A DNA stretch of 64,000 bases from an uncultured Acidimicrobiales bacterium (lineage in GTDB: Bacteria; Actinomycetota; Acidimicrobiia; Acidimicrobiales; DATKAS01), in NCBI GenBank assembly GCA_963802505.1, contig CAWDJB010000008.1, positions 134,112 through 198,111 of the forward strand, read 5' to 3'. Position 1 is the first letter of the stretch, and each line of letters begins with the position of its first letter. The notes under the pieces are model-generated. The model worked only from the letters and a program-made list of their open reading frames with translations, was not told the DNA's origin and did not search any database. Made by a program: the position numbers and the translations under genes. Positions 20,269-29,481 of this stretch are shown one piece after another.

Positions 20269-21430
20269 CGTGGCGACCCTCCAGCTCGTGTGCGGGAAGG
20301 CTGACCTCTTCGAGTTCGTCTTCGACGTGCTCTATGTCGACCTCGGTCACTGCAGCAAGGGTCTCACCAGATTCGGGGTCGGCCAGCTCGGCGGCCCGGC
20401 GCCGGCTCGGGAAGATGCCCTGAGGACGGAAGATCATCATCAGCACGAGCGCGATGCCGTACCAGAACACACGCGTCGAGCCCAGGCCTCGGAACCGCTC
20501 CGGGAGGTACGCGACGAGGAACGCGCCGAGGATCACGCCGGGGATGTTGCCGGCGCCGCCGAGCACGACCGCGGCGAGGAACAGGATCGAGAACTGGAGC
20601 GTGAAGTTGTTCGGCGTGATGACGGTTTGGTAGCTCGCGAACAGCGCCCCCGAAAGCCCCCCGACCGCCGCACCCATCGCGAACGCCCAGAGCTTGAACT
20701 TGAACGTCGGCACGCCCATGAGCTCGGCCGCGTCTTCGTCTTCCCGGATGGCCGTCCATGCGCGGCCGACGCGGCTGTGCTCGAGGGCCCGCACCATGAG
20801 GATCACGAGGATGATGAATGTCAGGCCGACGTAGTAGTACGGCTTCGCGTTCAGGCCCTCGAAGTGCAACGGCCCGATGTCGGCGGGCCGAGGGATGTTC
20901 GTGATGCCTCGCGGGCCGCCGAGCCACTCGGTGTTGTTCGCGGTGATGCGGATGATCTCCCCGAACCCGAGCGTGACGATTGCGAGGTAGTCGCCACGGA
21001 GGCGGAGCGTCGGCGTGCCGAGGACCAGGCCCGCGAGCATCGCCGCGAGGATCGCGAATGGCAGCGCGGCCCAGAACCCCAGGCTCCCGTGGGCGGACGT
21101 CAGCACGCCGATCGTGTACGCACCGATGGCGAAGAAGGCGACGTAGCCGAGGTCGAGCAGTCCCGCGTATCCGACGACGATGTTGAGGCCGATCGCCACG
21201 AGGACGTACAGAACGATGGGTGAGAAGAGCGCGCTCGCCCAAGGAGTCGGTGTGTCGACGAACGGGATCGTGAGGCTCGGAAGGAGGTAGAAGAACGCGA
21301 TCGCCGCGAACAGGACCAGCGCGCGACCCCAGCGCGGCAGCTTCTCCCACCACGCCCCGACGTTGTCCCGGAGGTTGTACTGCGGCACCTTGCCGCGCAC
21401 CGTGCGGCGGAAGTCGGTCCAGGCGCTCAT
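20261..21430 (-). CDS. livM: Branched-chain amino acid ABC transporter permease (LivM type)
   Basis: 389 aa and polytopic. The ATG overlaps the livH stop (ATGA), and its own stop overlaps the livG start. Confidence 0.88.
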   Translation of the reverse strand: MSAWTDFRRTVRGKVPQYNLRDNVGAWWEKLPRWGRALVLFAAIAFFYLLPSLTIPFVDTPTPWASALFSPIVLYVLVAIGLNIVVGYAGLLDLGYVAFFAIGAYTIGVLTSAHGSLGFWAALPFAILAAMLAGLVLGTPTLRLRGDYLAIVTLGFGEIIRITANNTEWLGGPRGITNIPRPADIGPLHFEGLNAKPYYYVGLTFIILVILMVRALEHSRVGRAWTAIREDEDAAELMGVPTFKFKLWAFAMGAAVGGLSGALFASYQTVITPNNFTLQFSILFLAAVVLGGAGNIPGVILGAFLVAYLPERFRGLGSTRVFWYGIALVLMMIFRPQGIFPSRRRAAELADPESGETLAAVTEVDIEHVEDELEEVSLPAHELEGRHDG

Positions 21431-22410
21431 GCGCGCGCCTTTCCGAGGGCCTCACCGAGCAGACCGGTGGGCCTGATCATGAGCACGAGCACCAGCACCA
21501 CGAAGGCGATCGGGTCTTTCCACTCGGTGCCCCACAACGCGGAGCCGTAGGTCTCGATGAGGCCGAGCATGAGGCCACCGAGCAAAGCCCCGCGCAGGTT
21601 GCCGATGCCGCCGAGCACGGCGGCGGTGAACGCCTTGATGCCGATAATGAAGCCGATGTTGTACTTCGTGACCTCGAAGAAGAAGATGAAGAGGAGGCCG
21701 GCCGCGCCCGCCATGATCCCGCCGAGCAGGAACGTGAGCATCACGACGCGGTCGATGTTGACCCCCATGAGCGTCGCGGTCTCCGAGTCCTGTGAGACCG
21801 CTCGGACGCCGCGCCCGAGGCGGGTGCGGTTCACGAACTGGTCGAGTGCCACCATCATGACCAGCGCCGCGACGATCACGAACACCTGGTCGGTGCGGAT
21901 GTCAGCGCCGAAGAAGGTGAACAGCACGTCGCGGTTGGCCAGCCGGGGGAACGCCTCGAGGTCGCGTCCTCTGCGGAACGCCACGAACTCGGAGATCGCG
22001 AACGACGCACCGATGGCCGAGATCAGCGCGGCGAGGCGAGTCGCGCCACGCTTGCGGAGCGGGCGGTACGCCACGCGCTCGAGCACCACCGCGGACGCCC
22101 CCGAGAAGACCATGGCAGCGGCCAGGCAGACCAGCATCACGGCGACGAGGGTGATGCCGGTCTGGACCGAGTCGCCGCCGGGCTCGATGCCCATCCACTT
22201 CGTCGCGAAGAGAGCGCCGAACGTGCCGAGCATGAAGATCTCGGAGTTCGCGAAGTTGATCAGGCGGAGGACTCCGTAGACCATCGTGTATCCGAGCGCC
22301 ACGAGGGCGTAGATCGAGCCCGCGGTGAGGCCACCGACCGTCAGCGCCCAGAACTGGTCGCGCAGGAGCCCCCAGTCAGGGTGCAACAGACTCGTTGCGA
22401 GCACGCCCAC
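21427..22410 (-). CDS. livH: Branched-chain amino acid ABC transporter permease (LivH type)
   Basis: 327 aa and polytopic. It carries the typical block GSIYALVALGYTMVYGVLRLINFA. Confidence 0.88.
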   Translation of the reverse strand: MGVLATSLLHPDWGLLRDQFWALTVGGLTAGSIYALVALGYTMVYGVLRLINFANSEIFMLGTFGALFATKWMGIEPGGDSVQTGITLVAVMLVCLAAAMVFSGASAVVLERVAYRPLRKRGATRLAALISAIGASFAISEFVAFRRGRDLEAFPRLANRDVLFTFFGADIRTDQVFVIVAALVMMVALDQFVNRTRLGRGVRAVSQDSETATLMGVNIDRVVMLTFLLGGIMAGAAGLLFIFFFEVTKYNIGFIIGIKAFTAAVLGGIGNLRGALLGGLMLGLIETYGSALWGTEWKDPIAFVVLVLVLMIRPTGLLGEALGKARA

Positions 22411-22439
22411 ACCTACCCCCGAAGGTGCCTCAACGCGCG

Positions 22440-22470
22440 AAACCGGGAGCGAACGAGTCGCTCCCGGTTT
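22440..22470 (-). terminator. Strong intercistronic hairpin between the first binding-protein gene and livH (attenuator or partial terminator)
   Basis: AAACCGGGAGCGA-ACGAG-TCGCTCCCGGTTT forms a perfect 13-bp stem. Only a TTT run, inside the stem, follows it on the transcribed strand. Confidence 0.5.
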
Positions 22471-22503
22471 CGGCTACAGCGGTTCTGTATGAATTCGGCG
22501 AGC

Positions 22504-23721
22504 CTATTGGATCAGGCCGACCGAAACGATCTTGCCGTCCTTGACGGTGGAGGCGTAGATCGCGACGTCGGAGACCTCTCCTTGCTCGTCGAACTTCAGG
22601 GTCTTGGTGATGCCGGCGAACGACTCGGTGCTGACATACGTGTTGAGCGAGTCGCGGTCCTGGGCGCCGGAGGCGATGCCCGCAAGGAAGAAGTTGGCCG
22701 AGTCATAGGCCTCGGCCGAGTAGGTGCCGGCGTCGGCGCCGAACGCATCCTTGTAGGCGGAGGCGAAGTCCGCGCCACCCTCGATCTTGTCGATCGGAGC
22801 GCACGGGCAGGTGATGATGGCGCCCTCAGTGGCGTCGCCACCGGCCTCGATGTAGCCGGGGTCGAGCACGCCGTCGCCGAAGACGAGGATCGCGGTCACC
22901 CCAGCGTCACGGAGCTGCTTGGAGAGCAGACCGGCCGCGGCGTAGTAGCCACCGAAGAACACTGCGTCAGGCGCCGCATCCTTGACCTTCGTCACCGTGG
23001 CCGAGAAGTCGGTCGCGGCCGGGTCGATGGTGTCGGTGCCCACGACCTTGGCGCCGAGTGCCTCGTTGACCTGATCGGCGAGGCCCTTGCCGTACTCGCT
23101 CGCGTCGTCGATCACGAAGACCTTCTCGGCCTTGACGGTCGTGTCGATGTAGAGCGCGGCGCCCGGACCCTGCGCGGCGTCGTTGCCGAGGGCACGGTGG
23201 AAGATCTTCCAGCCCTGCTCGGCGAGTGTCGGCGCGGTGGCCGACGGCGTGATGATGGACAGGCCAGCCTCGTCGAAGAGCGGGTTCGCGACCTTCGACT
23301 CACCCGAGAACGCGGGGCCGACGATGCCGACGACCGAGCTGTCGTCGATGGCCTGCTTGGCCAGGGCCGGCGCCTGGTCGGGGCTGCCTTGGCTGTCGAA
23401 CTTCTTCATCTCGATCTGGCAGTCCGGGTTGTTGGCGTTGAACTGATCGACGGCCAGCTCGGCGCCCTGCTCGATGTTCACACCGAGGTTGGCTGCATCG
23501 CCGGTGAGCGCACCGAAGAAGCCGATCGAGAGGCCATCGCACTTCGCACCTCCGGCTGCTTCCCCACCGCCGCCGGTCGTGGCAGCGCCGCCGCCAGTCG
23601 TGGCAGCGCCGCCACCGGTCGTTGCCGAGCTGCTGCTGTCGCTGTCGTCGCCACACGCCGCGGCGAACAGACTCAGCGAGAGCAGCAGCGCGCCAGCGCC
23701 GAAGAGTTTTCCTGCTCGCAT
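22504..23721 (-). CDS. ABC transporter substrate-binding lipoprotein (LivJ-like), first gene of the operon
   Basis: ORF 22504..23823 trimmed to the ATG at 23721 (MRAGKLFGAGALLLSLSLFAAACG, lipobox). A GGAAGGTAGGGA RBS-like stretch lies upstream. A Gly/Thr/Ala linker is followed by the type I binding-protein fold. Confidence 0.88.
   Translation of the reverse strand: MRAGKLFGAGALLLSLSLFAAACGDDSDSSSSATTGGGAATTGGGAATTGGGGEAAGGAKCDGLSIGFFGALTGDAANLGVNIEQGAELAVDQFNANNPDCQIEMKKFDSQGSPDQAPALAKQAIDDSSVVGIVGPAFSGESKVANPLFDEAGLSIITPSATAPTLAEQGWKIFHRALGNDAAQGPGAALYIDTTVKAEKVFVIDDASEYGKGLADQVNEALGAKVVGTDTIDPAATDFSATVTKVKDAAPDAVFFGGYYAAAGLLSKQLRDAGVTAILVFGDGVLDPGYIEAGGDATEGAIITCPCAPIDKIEGGADFASAYKDAFGADAGTYSAEAYDSANFFLAGIASGAQDRDSLNTYVSTESFAGITKTLKFDEQGEVSDVAIYASTVKDGKIVSVGLIQ
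23567..23629. repeat. 3 x 21-nt in-frame tandem repeat inside the livJ-like linker (encodes ATTGGGA x3)
   Basis: The three units are CCGCCGCCGGTCGTGGCAGCG, CCGCCGCCAGTCGTGGCAGCG and CCGCCACCGGTCGTTGCCGAG, read directly from the sequence. Confidence 0.7.
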
Positions 23722-23840
23722 GTCCCTACCTTCCATGGCCGGCTGTTCGCCGGGTCCGTTCAAGTTAGGGCGCGAGCATAGGGGCTGGTCACCGGGCACT
23801 CGACTCCTGTCACGGTTCCGCAACAGGGTTGGAACGGGGC

Positions 23841-24596
23841 ATGATCGGGGCGATGGATCCAGCCGAGGATGGCGCGCACGGCACCGAGCCGCTCTACCTG
23901 CGTGACGCCTACCTGGTTTCGTTCACCGGCACAGTGGTCGGTGTGGATAACCAGGCGATCGCACTCGATCGCACCGCGTTCTATCCGACTGGCGGTGGAC
24001 AGCCCCACGACACGGGCACCCTCGATGGACTCCAGGTCACCGACGTCCACAAGGCCGGCGGACTCGTGTGGCACACCGTCGACGGAACGCCTCCATCGGT
24101 CGGCACCGCGGTCGGCGGCGAGGTCGACTGGGAGCGTAGGCATGCGCTGATGCGCACCCACACCGCGCTGCACGTGCTGTGCGGGGTCATCTGGAACGAA
24201 TGGCGGGTGCCGGTGACCGGCGGGAACATGGAGCCTCTGTCGGCGCGGATGGACTTCGAGTTCGATCCGCTGCCGGAGGGCTTCGGCCCGCGTGTCGAGG
24301 AGCTCGTCAACGCCGAGCTGGCGGCCGACCGTGCGATCGAGGTGTTCTTCCTGCCGCGCGCTGATGCGGTACTTGACGACGACCTCATCCGCACGAAGAT
24401 CAGCCTCGTTCCCGAGTCGGTGCCCGAGATCCGCGTCGTCGACATCGTCGGGCTCGACAAGCAGGCCGACGGCGGCACGCACGTGCGCTCGACGGCCGAG
24501 GTGGGCCGCATCCGCGTGACGAAGACCGAGTCGAAGGGCAAGGGGAACAAGCGAATCCGCCTCCAGGTGGTCGATGACGGAGCCGTCGATGGGTGA
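23841..24596 (+). CDS. Alanyl-tRNA editing protein (AlaX-M-like, tRNA synthetase second additional domain)
   Basis: ...FYPTGGGQPHDTG...MRTHTALHVLCGVIW...DKQADGGTHV... contains the HxxxH/CxxxH-type editing-site blocks of AlaX. The start is ATG 23841 or ATG 23853. Confidence 0.8.
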   Translation: MIGAMDPAEDGAHGTEPLYLRDAYLVSFTGTVVGVDNQAIALDRTAFYPTGGGQPHDTGTLDGLQVTDVHKAGGLVWHTVDGTPPSVGTAVGGEVDWERRHALMRTHTALHVLCGVIWNEWRVPVTGGNMEPLSARMDFEFDPLPEGFGPRVEELVNAELAADRAIEVFFLPRADAVLDDDLIRTKISLVPESVPEIRVVDIVGLDKQADGGTHVRSTAEVGRIRVTKTESKGKGNKRIRLQVVDDGAVDG

Positions 24597-25378
24597 CCTC
24601 GAGCGCCTCGAGTCCGAGCTGCGCGCGCTCGGTCCGGTCGTCGTCGCATTCTCCGGTGGTGCGGACTCTGCGTTCCTTGCATCGATCGCCACGCGCACGT
24701 TGGGCACCGAGCGTGTCCATTGCGTCACTGCGGTCTCGGAGTCGCTGGCGACGTCGGAACGTGCCGACTGCGCGGCGCTCGCGACGCGAATGGAGCCTGC
24801 GCTGGAGCGAGGTCGAGACCGACGAGCTGTCGCACGATGACTACGTCGCGAACGACGGCGAGCGGTGCTTCTGGTGCAAGACGTCATTGATGGACGCGCT
24901 CGATCCGATCGCGACCGTCGAGCAGGCGACCGTCGTGCTGGGCGTCAACCTCGACGACCTGGGGGACCATCGTCCCGGCCAGCGAGCAGCGGCCGAGCGG
25001 GGCGCACGGTTCCCGTTGGTCGACGCGGGGTTCTCCAAGGCCGACGTGCGCGCCGCGTCACGAGAGCTCGGCCTGCGCACCTGGGACAAGCCTGCGGCCG
25101 CGTGCCTTGCGTCGCGCGTGCCCTACGGCACGCCCGTCACGATCGCGGTGCTGGGCAGAGTCGAGCGCGCCGAGGCGGCACTGCGCGCGCTCGGCTTCCC
25201 CGAGCTTCGCGTCCGTCACTACGACAAGGTCGCTCGCATCGAGCTGCCGGTCGAGGCTCTGGCGCGCGCCGTCGAGCAACGTGTCGAGATCATCGAGGCG
25301 GTGAAGGGCGCGGGCTACTCGTGGGTGACCCTCGATCTCGAGGGCCTGCGCTCCGGAAACCTGAACGCGCTGCTCTGA
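24574..25378 (+). pseudogene. LarE-like PP-loop ATP pyrophosphatase (TIGR00268-type), reading frame interrupted by a +1 shift
   Basis: The N-terminal part is in frame 1 (24574..24840) and has the PP-loop VVVAFSGGADSAFLA. The C-terminal part is in frame 2 (to 25378) and reads ...SEVETDELSHDDYVANDGERCFWCKTSL...PAAACLASRVPYGTPVT...VRHYDKVARIELP...VTLDLEGLRSG. Homology places the junction near 24770-24795. Confidence 0.7.
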
Positions 25379-25824
25379 TGGAAGGGCCGGCCGAGACGCT
25401 GGCCGCCGCGATCGAAGACGCCCTTCCGGGCTGGGTCGTGCGCTCGGTGGTGAACGTCGCGACCGCAGCGGGACGCGAAGTGGACGACAGCTTGCGCTCA
25501 GCCGCCGAGGATGCGGGCGAGCGAGCACGGGCCGACGTCGGAGCCGCCGTGCGCACGTTGCTCGCGACCGACATCGACGCGCAGCGCACGAATCCCCTGT
25601 CGCTGCTGCGCGGCGCGGTGCGCTACCCGACCGCTGTGTTGCGTGATGCGGGGGTCCCTCCGACCGGCCATCGAGACGAGTTCGCAGTGCGCGCGTTTCC
25701 CGACGACGTCTACGACCTGGCCCCGGCCACCTGGACCGATGTCGACGAATCGCTACAGGAGCCCGGCATCACGTGGGGCGCGTGGAAGGCCTACACGCAC
25801 CTCAGTCGTCGTCGGGATCGGTGA
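25378..25824 (+). CDS. Hypothetical protein
   Basis: 148 aa. The ATG overlaps the LarE-like stop (TGATG). Codon bias is good. No motif recognised. Confidence 0.55.
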   Translation: MEGPAETLAAAIEDALPGWVVRSVVNVATAAGREVDDSLRSAAEDAGERARADVGAAVRTLLATDIDAQRTNPLSLLRGAVRYPTAVLRDAGVPPTGHRDEFAVRAFPDDVYDLAPATWTDVDESLQEPGITWGAWKAYTHLSRRRDR

Positions 25825-25993
25825 CCGTCCACCCGACCGACATGCCCGCACGAGGCTCGAAGAACAGGCATCCGTCGGGGCAGCCGAACGGGGCGTCGTC
25901 GTTCACCGAGAGGCGGCACTTCTCGACGCGATCGCCGGTGGCCAGCGACCGAGTGGAGTAGTGGCGGCAATCGTCGCGTACGGCCATCACCAC
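25802..25993 (-). CDS. Small Cys-rich hypothetical protein (4 Cys)
   Basis: 63 aa (ATG at 25987 or GTG at 25993). ...RDDCRHYSTRS...VEKCRLSVNDDAPFGCPDGCLFFEPR. Codon bias is coding-like. It sits divergently, 26 nt from the oxidoreductase gene. Confidence 0.45.
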   Translation of the reverse strand: MVMAVRDDCRHYSTRSLATGDRVEKCRLSVNDDAPFGCPDGCLFFEPRAGMSVGWTVTDPDDD

Positions 25994-26019
25994 ATGTTCG
26001 CACCCCTATCCTGCGCCAG

Positions 26020-27354
26020 GTGGCCGAACGCCTGGTGATCATCGGGGGAGATGCGGGCGGGATGGCCGCGGTCTCGCAGGTGCGCCGCACGCGTCCCGAC
26101 ATGGAGATCGTCGCGTTCGAGCGTGGCCACTACACGTCGTACTCGGCATGCGGCATCCCCTACCTCGTCGGCGGCGAGATCGCGGAGCTCGGCGATCTCG
26201 TCGCACGGTCGCCGCAGGAGTTCCGCGACGGGTTCCGCGTCGACGTCAGGATGCGCCACGAGGTCATCGGGCTCGACGTCGACGCCCGCGAGGTCGAGGT
26301 ACGCGCGATCGAGCAGGACCGCACCTTCCGCCTCGGGTTCGACCAAGCGCTGGTCGCGACGGGAGGCGTTCCGATCCGTCCTGACCTCCCCGGCATCGAC
26401 GACGACCACGTGCACGGCGTGCAGACGCTCGACGACGCCAAGCACCTCCTGAACCACGTCAATTCGGAGTCGTTGAAGCACGTCGTCGTCGTGGGCGGCG
26501 GCTATATCGGGCTCGAGATGGCCGAGGCCTTCGCGCGTCGTGGTGCGAAGGTCACGCTCCTGGAGGCGGGATCTCAGGTGATGCGCACGCTCGACCCCGA
26601 CATGGCCACGCTGGTCGCTGCCGCGCTGCGGCGGCACGGGGTCGACGTTCGCCTCGGCGAGGGCGCGAAGGCGTTCGAGCCGAAGCGCGTCGTCACCGAC
26701 CAAGGCGCAATCGAAGCCGACCTCGTCGTCCTCGGCATCGGCGTGCAGCCCAACTCGAGCCTTGCGAAGGACGCCGGTCTCGACGTCGGAGTGCGCGAAG
26801 CCGTGAGCGTGAGCCGCAGGCAGGAGACCTCGGTCAGCGGCGTCTGGGCAGCGGGCGACTGCTGCGAGAGCACGCACCTCGTGAGCGGGAGGAAGGTCCA
26901 CATCCCTCTCGGAACGATCGCCAACAAGCAGTCGCGTGTCGCCGGGATCAACATCGGAGGTGGGTACTCGACGTTCAAGGGCGTAGTCGGCACTGCGATC
27001 ACACGTGTGTGCGACACCGAGATCGCGCGTACCGGTCTGTCGGAAGCCGAGGCGACCGAGGCCGGGTTCGCGTTCACGAGCACCGTCATCGAGGGGAGCA
27101 CGCGGGCGGGCTATCTCCCCGGGAAGAAGAACACGACGGTGAAGCTCGTCACCGAGCAGCGCACCGGCCGGCTGCTCGGCGGGCAGATCGTCGGCGAGGA
27201 GGGTGCGGCGAAGCGCATCGACGTGCTCGCAACCGCGTTGACCGCACGCATGAACGTCGAGGAGATGATCGACCTCGATCTCGGCTACGCGCCGCCGTTC
27301 TCGCCCATCTGGGACCCGGTGCTCGTGGCCGCCCGCGTGGCGAGCCGCACGTGA
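26020..27354 (+). CDS. Pyridine nucleotide-disulfide oxidoreductase (CoA-disulfide reductase / NADH oxidase family)
   Basis: 444 aa. It has FAD motif VIIGGDAGG, a single redox Cys in SYSACGIPY and NAD motif VVVGGGYIGLEMAE. Confidence 0.8.
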   Translation: MAERLVIIGGDAGGMAAVSQVRRTRPDMEIVAFERGHYTSYSACGIPYLVGGEIAELGDLVARSPQEFRDGFRVDVRMRHEVIGLDVDAREVEVRAIEQDRTFRLGFDQALVATGGVPIRPDLPGIDDDHVHGVQTLDDAKHLLNHVNSESLKHVVVVGGGYIGLEMAEAFARRGAKVTLLEAGSQVMRTLDPDMATLVAAALRRHGVDVRLGEGAKAFEPKRVVTDQGAIEADLVVLGIGVQPNSSLAKDAGLDVGVREAVSVSRRQETSVSGVWAAGDCCESTHLVSGRKVHIPLGTIANKQSRVAGINIGGGYSTFKGVVGTAITRVCDTEIARTGLSEAEATEAGFAFTSTVIEGSTRAGYLPGKKNTTVKLVTEQRTGRLLGGQIVGEEGAAKRIDVLATALTARMNVEEMIDLDLGYAPPFSPIWDPVLVAARVASRT

Positions 27355-27375
27355 GACGGCGTTAGCCTCGCCCCG

Positions 27376-28089
27376 GTGTCAGACGGCCCCGCGACTCCCG
27401 CGACTCCCCAAGACTTCACGCTCGAGCTGCTGCGTTGGAGTGAAGCGCTCGCGGGCATCGCGCGCACTGGCCTCGGCTTCACGCAGAGCCTGTACGAGCG
27501 TGAGCGGTTCGAAGAGGTGCTGAAGGTGGCGTCCGACATGCGGGCGGCAGCCGAGGAAGACCTCGAGGTCAGGCGCGAGGCGGGCCACTTCCTCCAAGAG
27601 TGGCTCGACACTGTCGGCGAGGGCGTGCCCGGGTATGTCACGCCCAAGGTCGCCGTGGGCGCCGTTGTCGGCAACGACACGGGCCAGATCCTGCTCGTGC
27701 AGCGGGCCGACTCGGGCATCTGGCTGTACCCGACGGGTTGGGCCGACGTCGGCTACTCGCCCGCCGAGGTCGCCGTGAAGGAGGTGCTCGAGGAGACCGG
27801 CATCGAGTGTGAGGTGCTGCGGCTCATCGCCGTCATCGACGGACTGCGCATGGGGTTCACGCGGGTGCCGCTCTACTCGCTCGTGTTCCACTGCCGCGCC
27901 ACCGGTGGCGCGTTGCAGCGCCATCCACTCGAGACCGCGGACGTCGGGTGGTTCAGCCCCGACGCCATGCCGTTCCCCGTCGTGGGGCTCGATCGGTGGG
28001 GACCCGCGGCGTTCGCCGCGATCCGTGGTGAGCCGGTCGAGGTGCAGTTCGACAAGCCCCGCGCTCCCGTGTGGCGCGGCGACGAGTAA
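27376..28089 (+). CDS. NUDIX hydrolase with N-terminal helical domain
   Basis: 237 aa. The Nudix box GWADVGYSPAEVAVKEVLEETG is present. The N-terminal LLRWSEALAGIARTGLGFTQSLYERERF is typical of the Nudix_N_2-type domain. Confidence 0.8.
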   Translation: MSDGPATPATPQDFTLELLRWSEALAGIARTGLGFTQSLYERERFEEVLKVASDMRAAAEEDLEVRREAGHFLQEWLDTVGEGVPGYVTPKVAVGAVVGNDTGQILLVQRADSGIWLYPTGWADVGYSPAEVAVKEVLEETGIECEVLRLIAVIDGLRMGFTRVPLYSLVFHCRATGGALQRHPLETADVGWFSPDAMPFPVVGLDRWGPAAFAAIRGEPVEVQFDKPRAPVWRGDE

Positions 28090-28090
28090 C

Positions 28091-28558
28091 TCAGCGCGAG
28101 AGCTGGTTGAGCAGCGCGTCGACGATCGACACGTTGCCGTGGCTCATCTCCCACGCGTCGCCGATGCGGTCGTGGTCGACGAGGCCGGAACCGTCGGGCG
28201 CGATGCCGAGCGCTTCGGTCACTGCCGCGGCGAGCGGCGCGGGCTCGATCTCGTTGCCGTCGGTGGGGAACGCTTCGAGCCCATCCCACAGCTGATCGAG
28301 CGCGGCGGGCGCCGCCTCGCCATTGGCGAGCGCGAGCGCGGTGACCGCGAACAGCTCGTGGGTGTCGACATCGCGCGGTCGTTTGAATCCGGCAGTCGGA
28401 TGGAGCCGCCACTCGAGTGTCGCGCCACCGGGCCCGTCGTCGCGGATCCAGACCTGTGAGCCGTTCACGTACGCGTCGACCGGTTCGCCGAAGCGGTCGT
28501 CGAGCGCCACGATCAGCGCGGGCGTCGCGCGCCACACGCAGCTCGGCACGAGCGCCAC
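28091..28558 (-). CDS. Hypothetical protein
   Basis: 155 aa with a GTG start, 1 nt after the PAC2 stop. Codon bias is coding-like. No family recognised. Confidence 0.5.
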   Translation of the reverse strand: MALVPSCVWRATPALIVALDDRFGEPVDAYVNGSQVWIRDDGPGGATLEWRLHPTAGFKRPRDVDTHELFAVTALALANGEAAPAALDQLWDGLEAFPTDGNEIEPAPLAAAVTEALGIAPDGSGLVDHDRIGDAWEMSHGNVSIVDALLNQLSR

Positions 28559-28559
28559 G

Positions 28560-29447
28560 TCAGTCTCCGTGTTGGTCGCGCAAGTACCGCTCGAGCTCCT
28601 CGACGAGGTCGTCGACGTTGTCGTCGGCGGTCAGGTCTTCGTCGTCCTCGTCGTCGTCACCGAAAGGCTGGCCGCTGTCGACCATGTCCTCGAGCCGGCG
28701 CACGTAGCCGGTGAGGTCGTCGTCGTTCGTCACGACCTCGTCGACCTCGCGCTCGTACGCGGCAGCCGCGATCTCGAGGGCGGTCGTCGGGACCATGAGG
28801 CCCAGCACGTCGCCGACGCGCTCGACGAGCGCCAGCGCCGCCTTGGGCGAGGGCGCCCCCTGCACGTAGGCGGGTACGGCGGCCCACAGCGAGAGCGAGG
28901 GGATGCCTGCGGTGGTGCACGCGTCGTGCAGCGCTCCCACGATGCCCGTCGGTCCCTCGTAGCGGGACCGCTGCAGGCCGTATTGATCGATGAGCGTGGG
29001 GTCGGCCGCCGTGCCGATGACCGAGACGGGGCGGGAGTGAGGCACCTCGGCGAGAAGTGCGCCGAGGGTGATCAGCATCCGAGCGTTGATCTCGGTGGCG
29101 ACTCCGATCATCTCGGCGCAGAACGTTCGCCACTTCAGCTGCGGCTCGGTGCCGAGCACCAGCACGACGTCGAGGTCAGCACCGAGCACCGAGGACGCCG
29201 AGAACTCGTTCGACGGCCACACGATCTCGCGGTGCACGCCGTCGACGAGCCGCACTTGCGGTCGCGTCGCGCTGAAGTCGTAGAAATCTTCCGCGTCGAG
29301 CGTGGCGAATGGTCGCGTCGCCCACACGTCAGCGAGGTGCCGGCCGGCGCTGGAGGCCGCCTCGCCCGCATCGTTCCAACCCGCGAACGCCGCGATGACG
29401 ACGGGCGTACGCAGACGGGGTCGCGACGACCACCGCACGTGCTCCAT
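28560..29447 (-). CDS. PAC2 (proteasome assembly chaperone 2-like) family protein
   Basis: 295 aa. ...VVIAAFAGWNDAGEAAS...FYDFSATRPQV...GTEPQLKWRTF...YEGPTGIVGAL... followed by an acidic C-terminal tail, as in actinobacterial PAC2 proteins. Confidence 0.85.
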   Translation of the reverse strand: MEHVRWSSRPRLRTPVVIAAFAGWNDAGEAASSAGRHLADVWATRPFATLDAEDFYDFSATRPQVRLVDGVHREIVWPSNEFSASSVLGADLDVVLVLGTEPQLKWRTFCAEMIGVATEINARMLITLGALLAEVPHSRPVSVIGTAADPTLIDQYGLQRSRYEGPTGIVGALHDACTTAGIPSLSLWAAVPAYVQGAPSPKAALALVERVGDVLGLMVPTTALEIAAAAYEREVDEVVTNDDDLTGYVRRLEDMVDSGQPFGDDDEDDEDLTADDNVDDLVEELERYLRDQHGD

Positions 29448-29481
29448 GGCCGATCACCCTACCGGCCGTTATCGTCAACTC

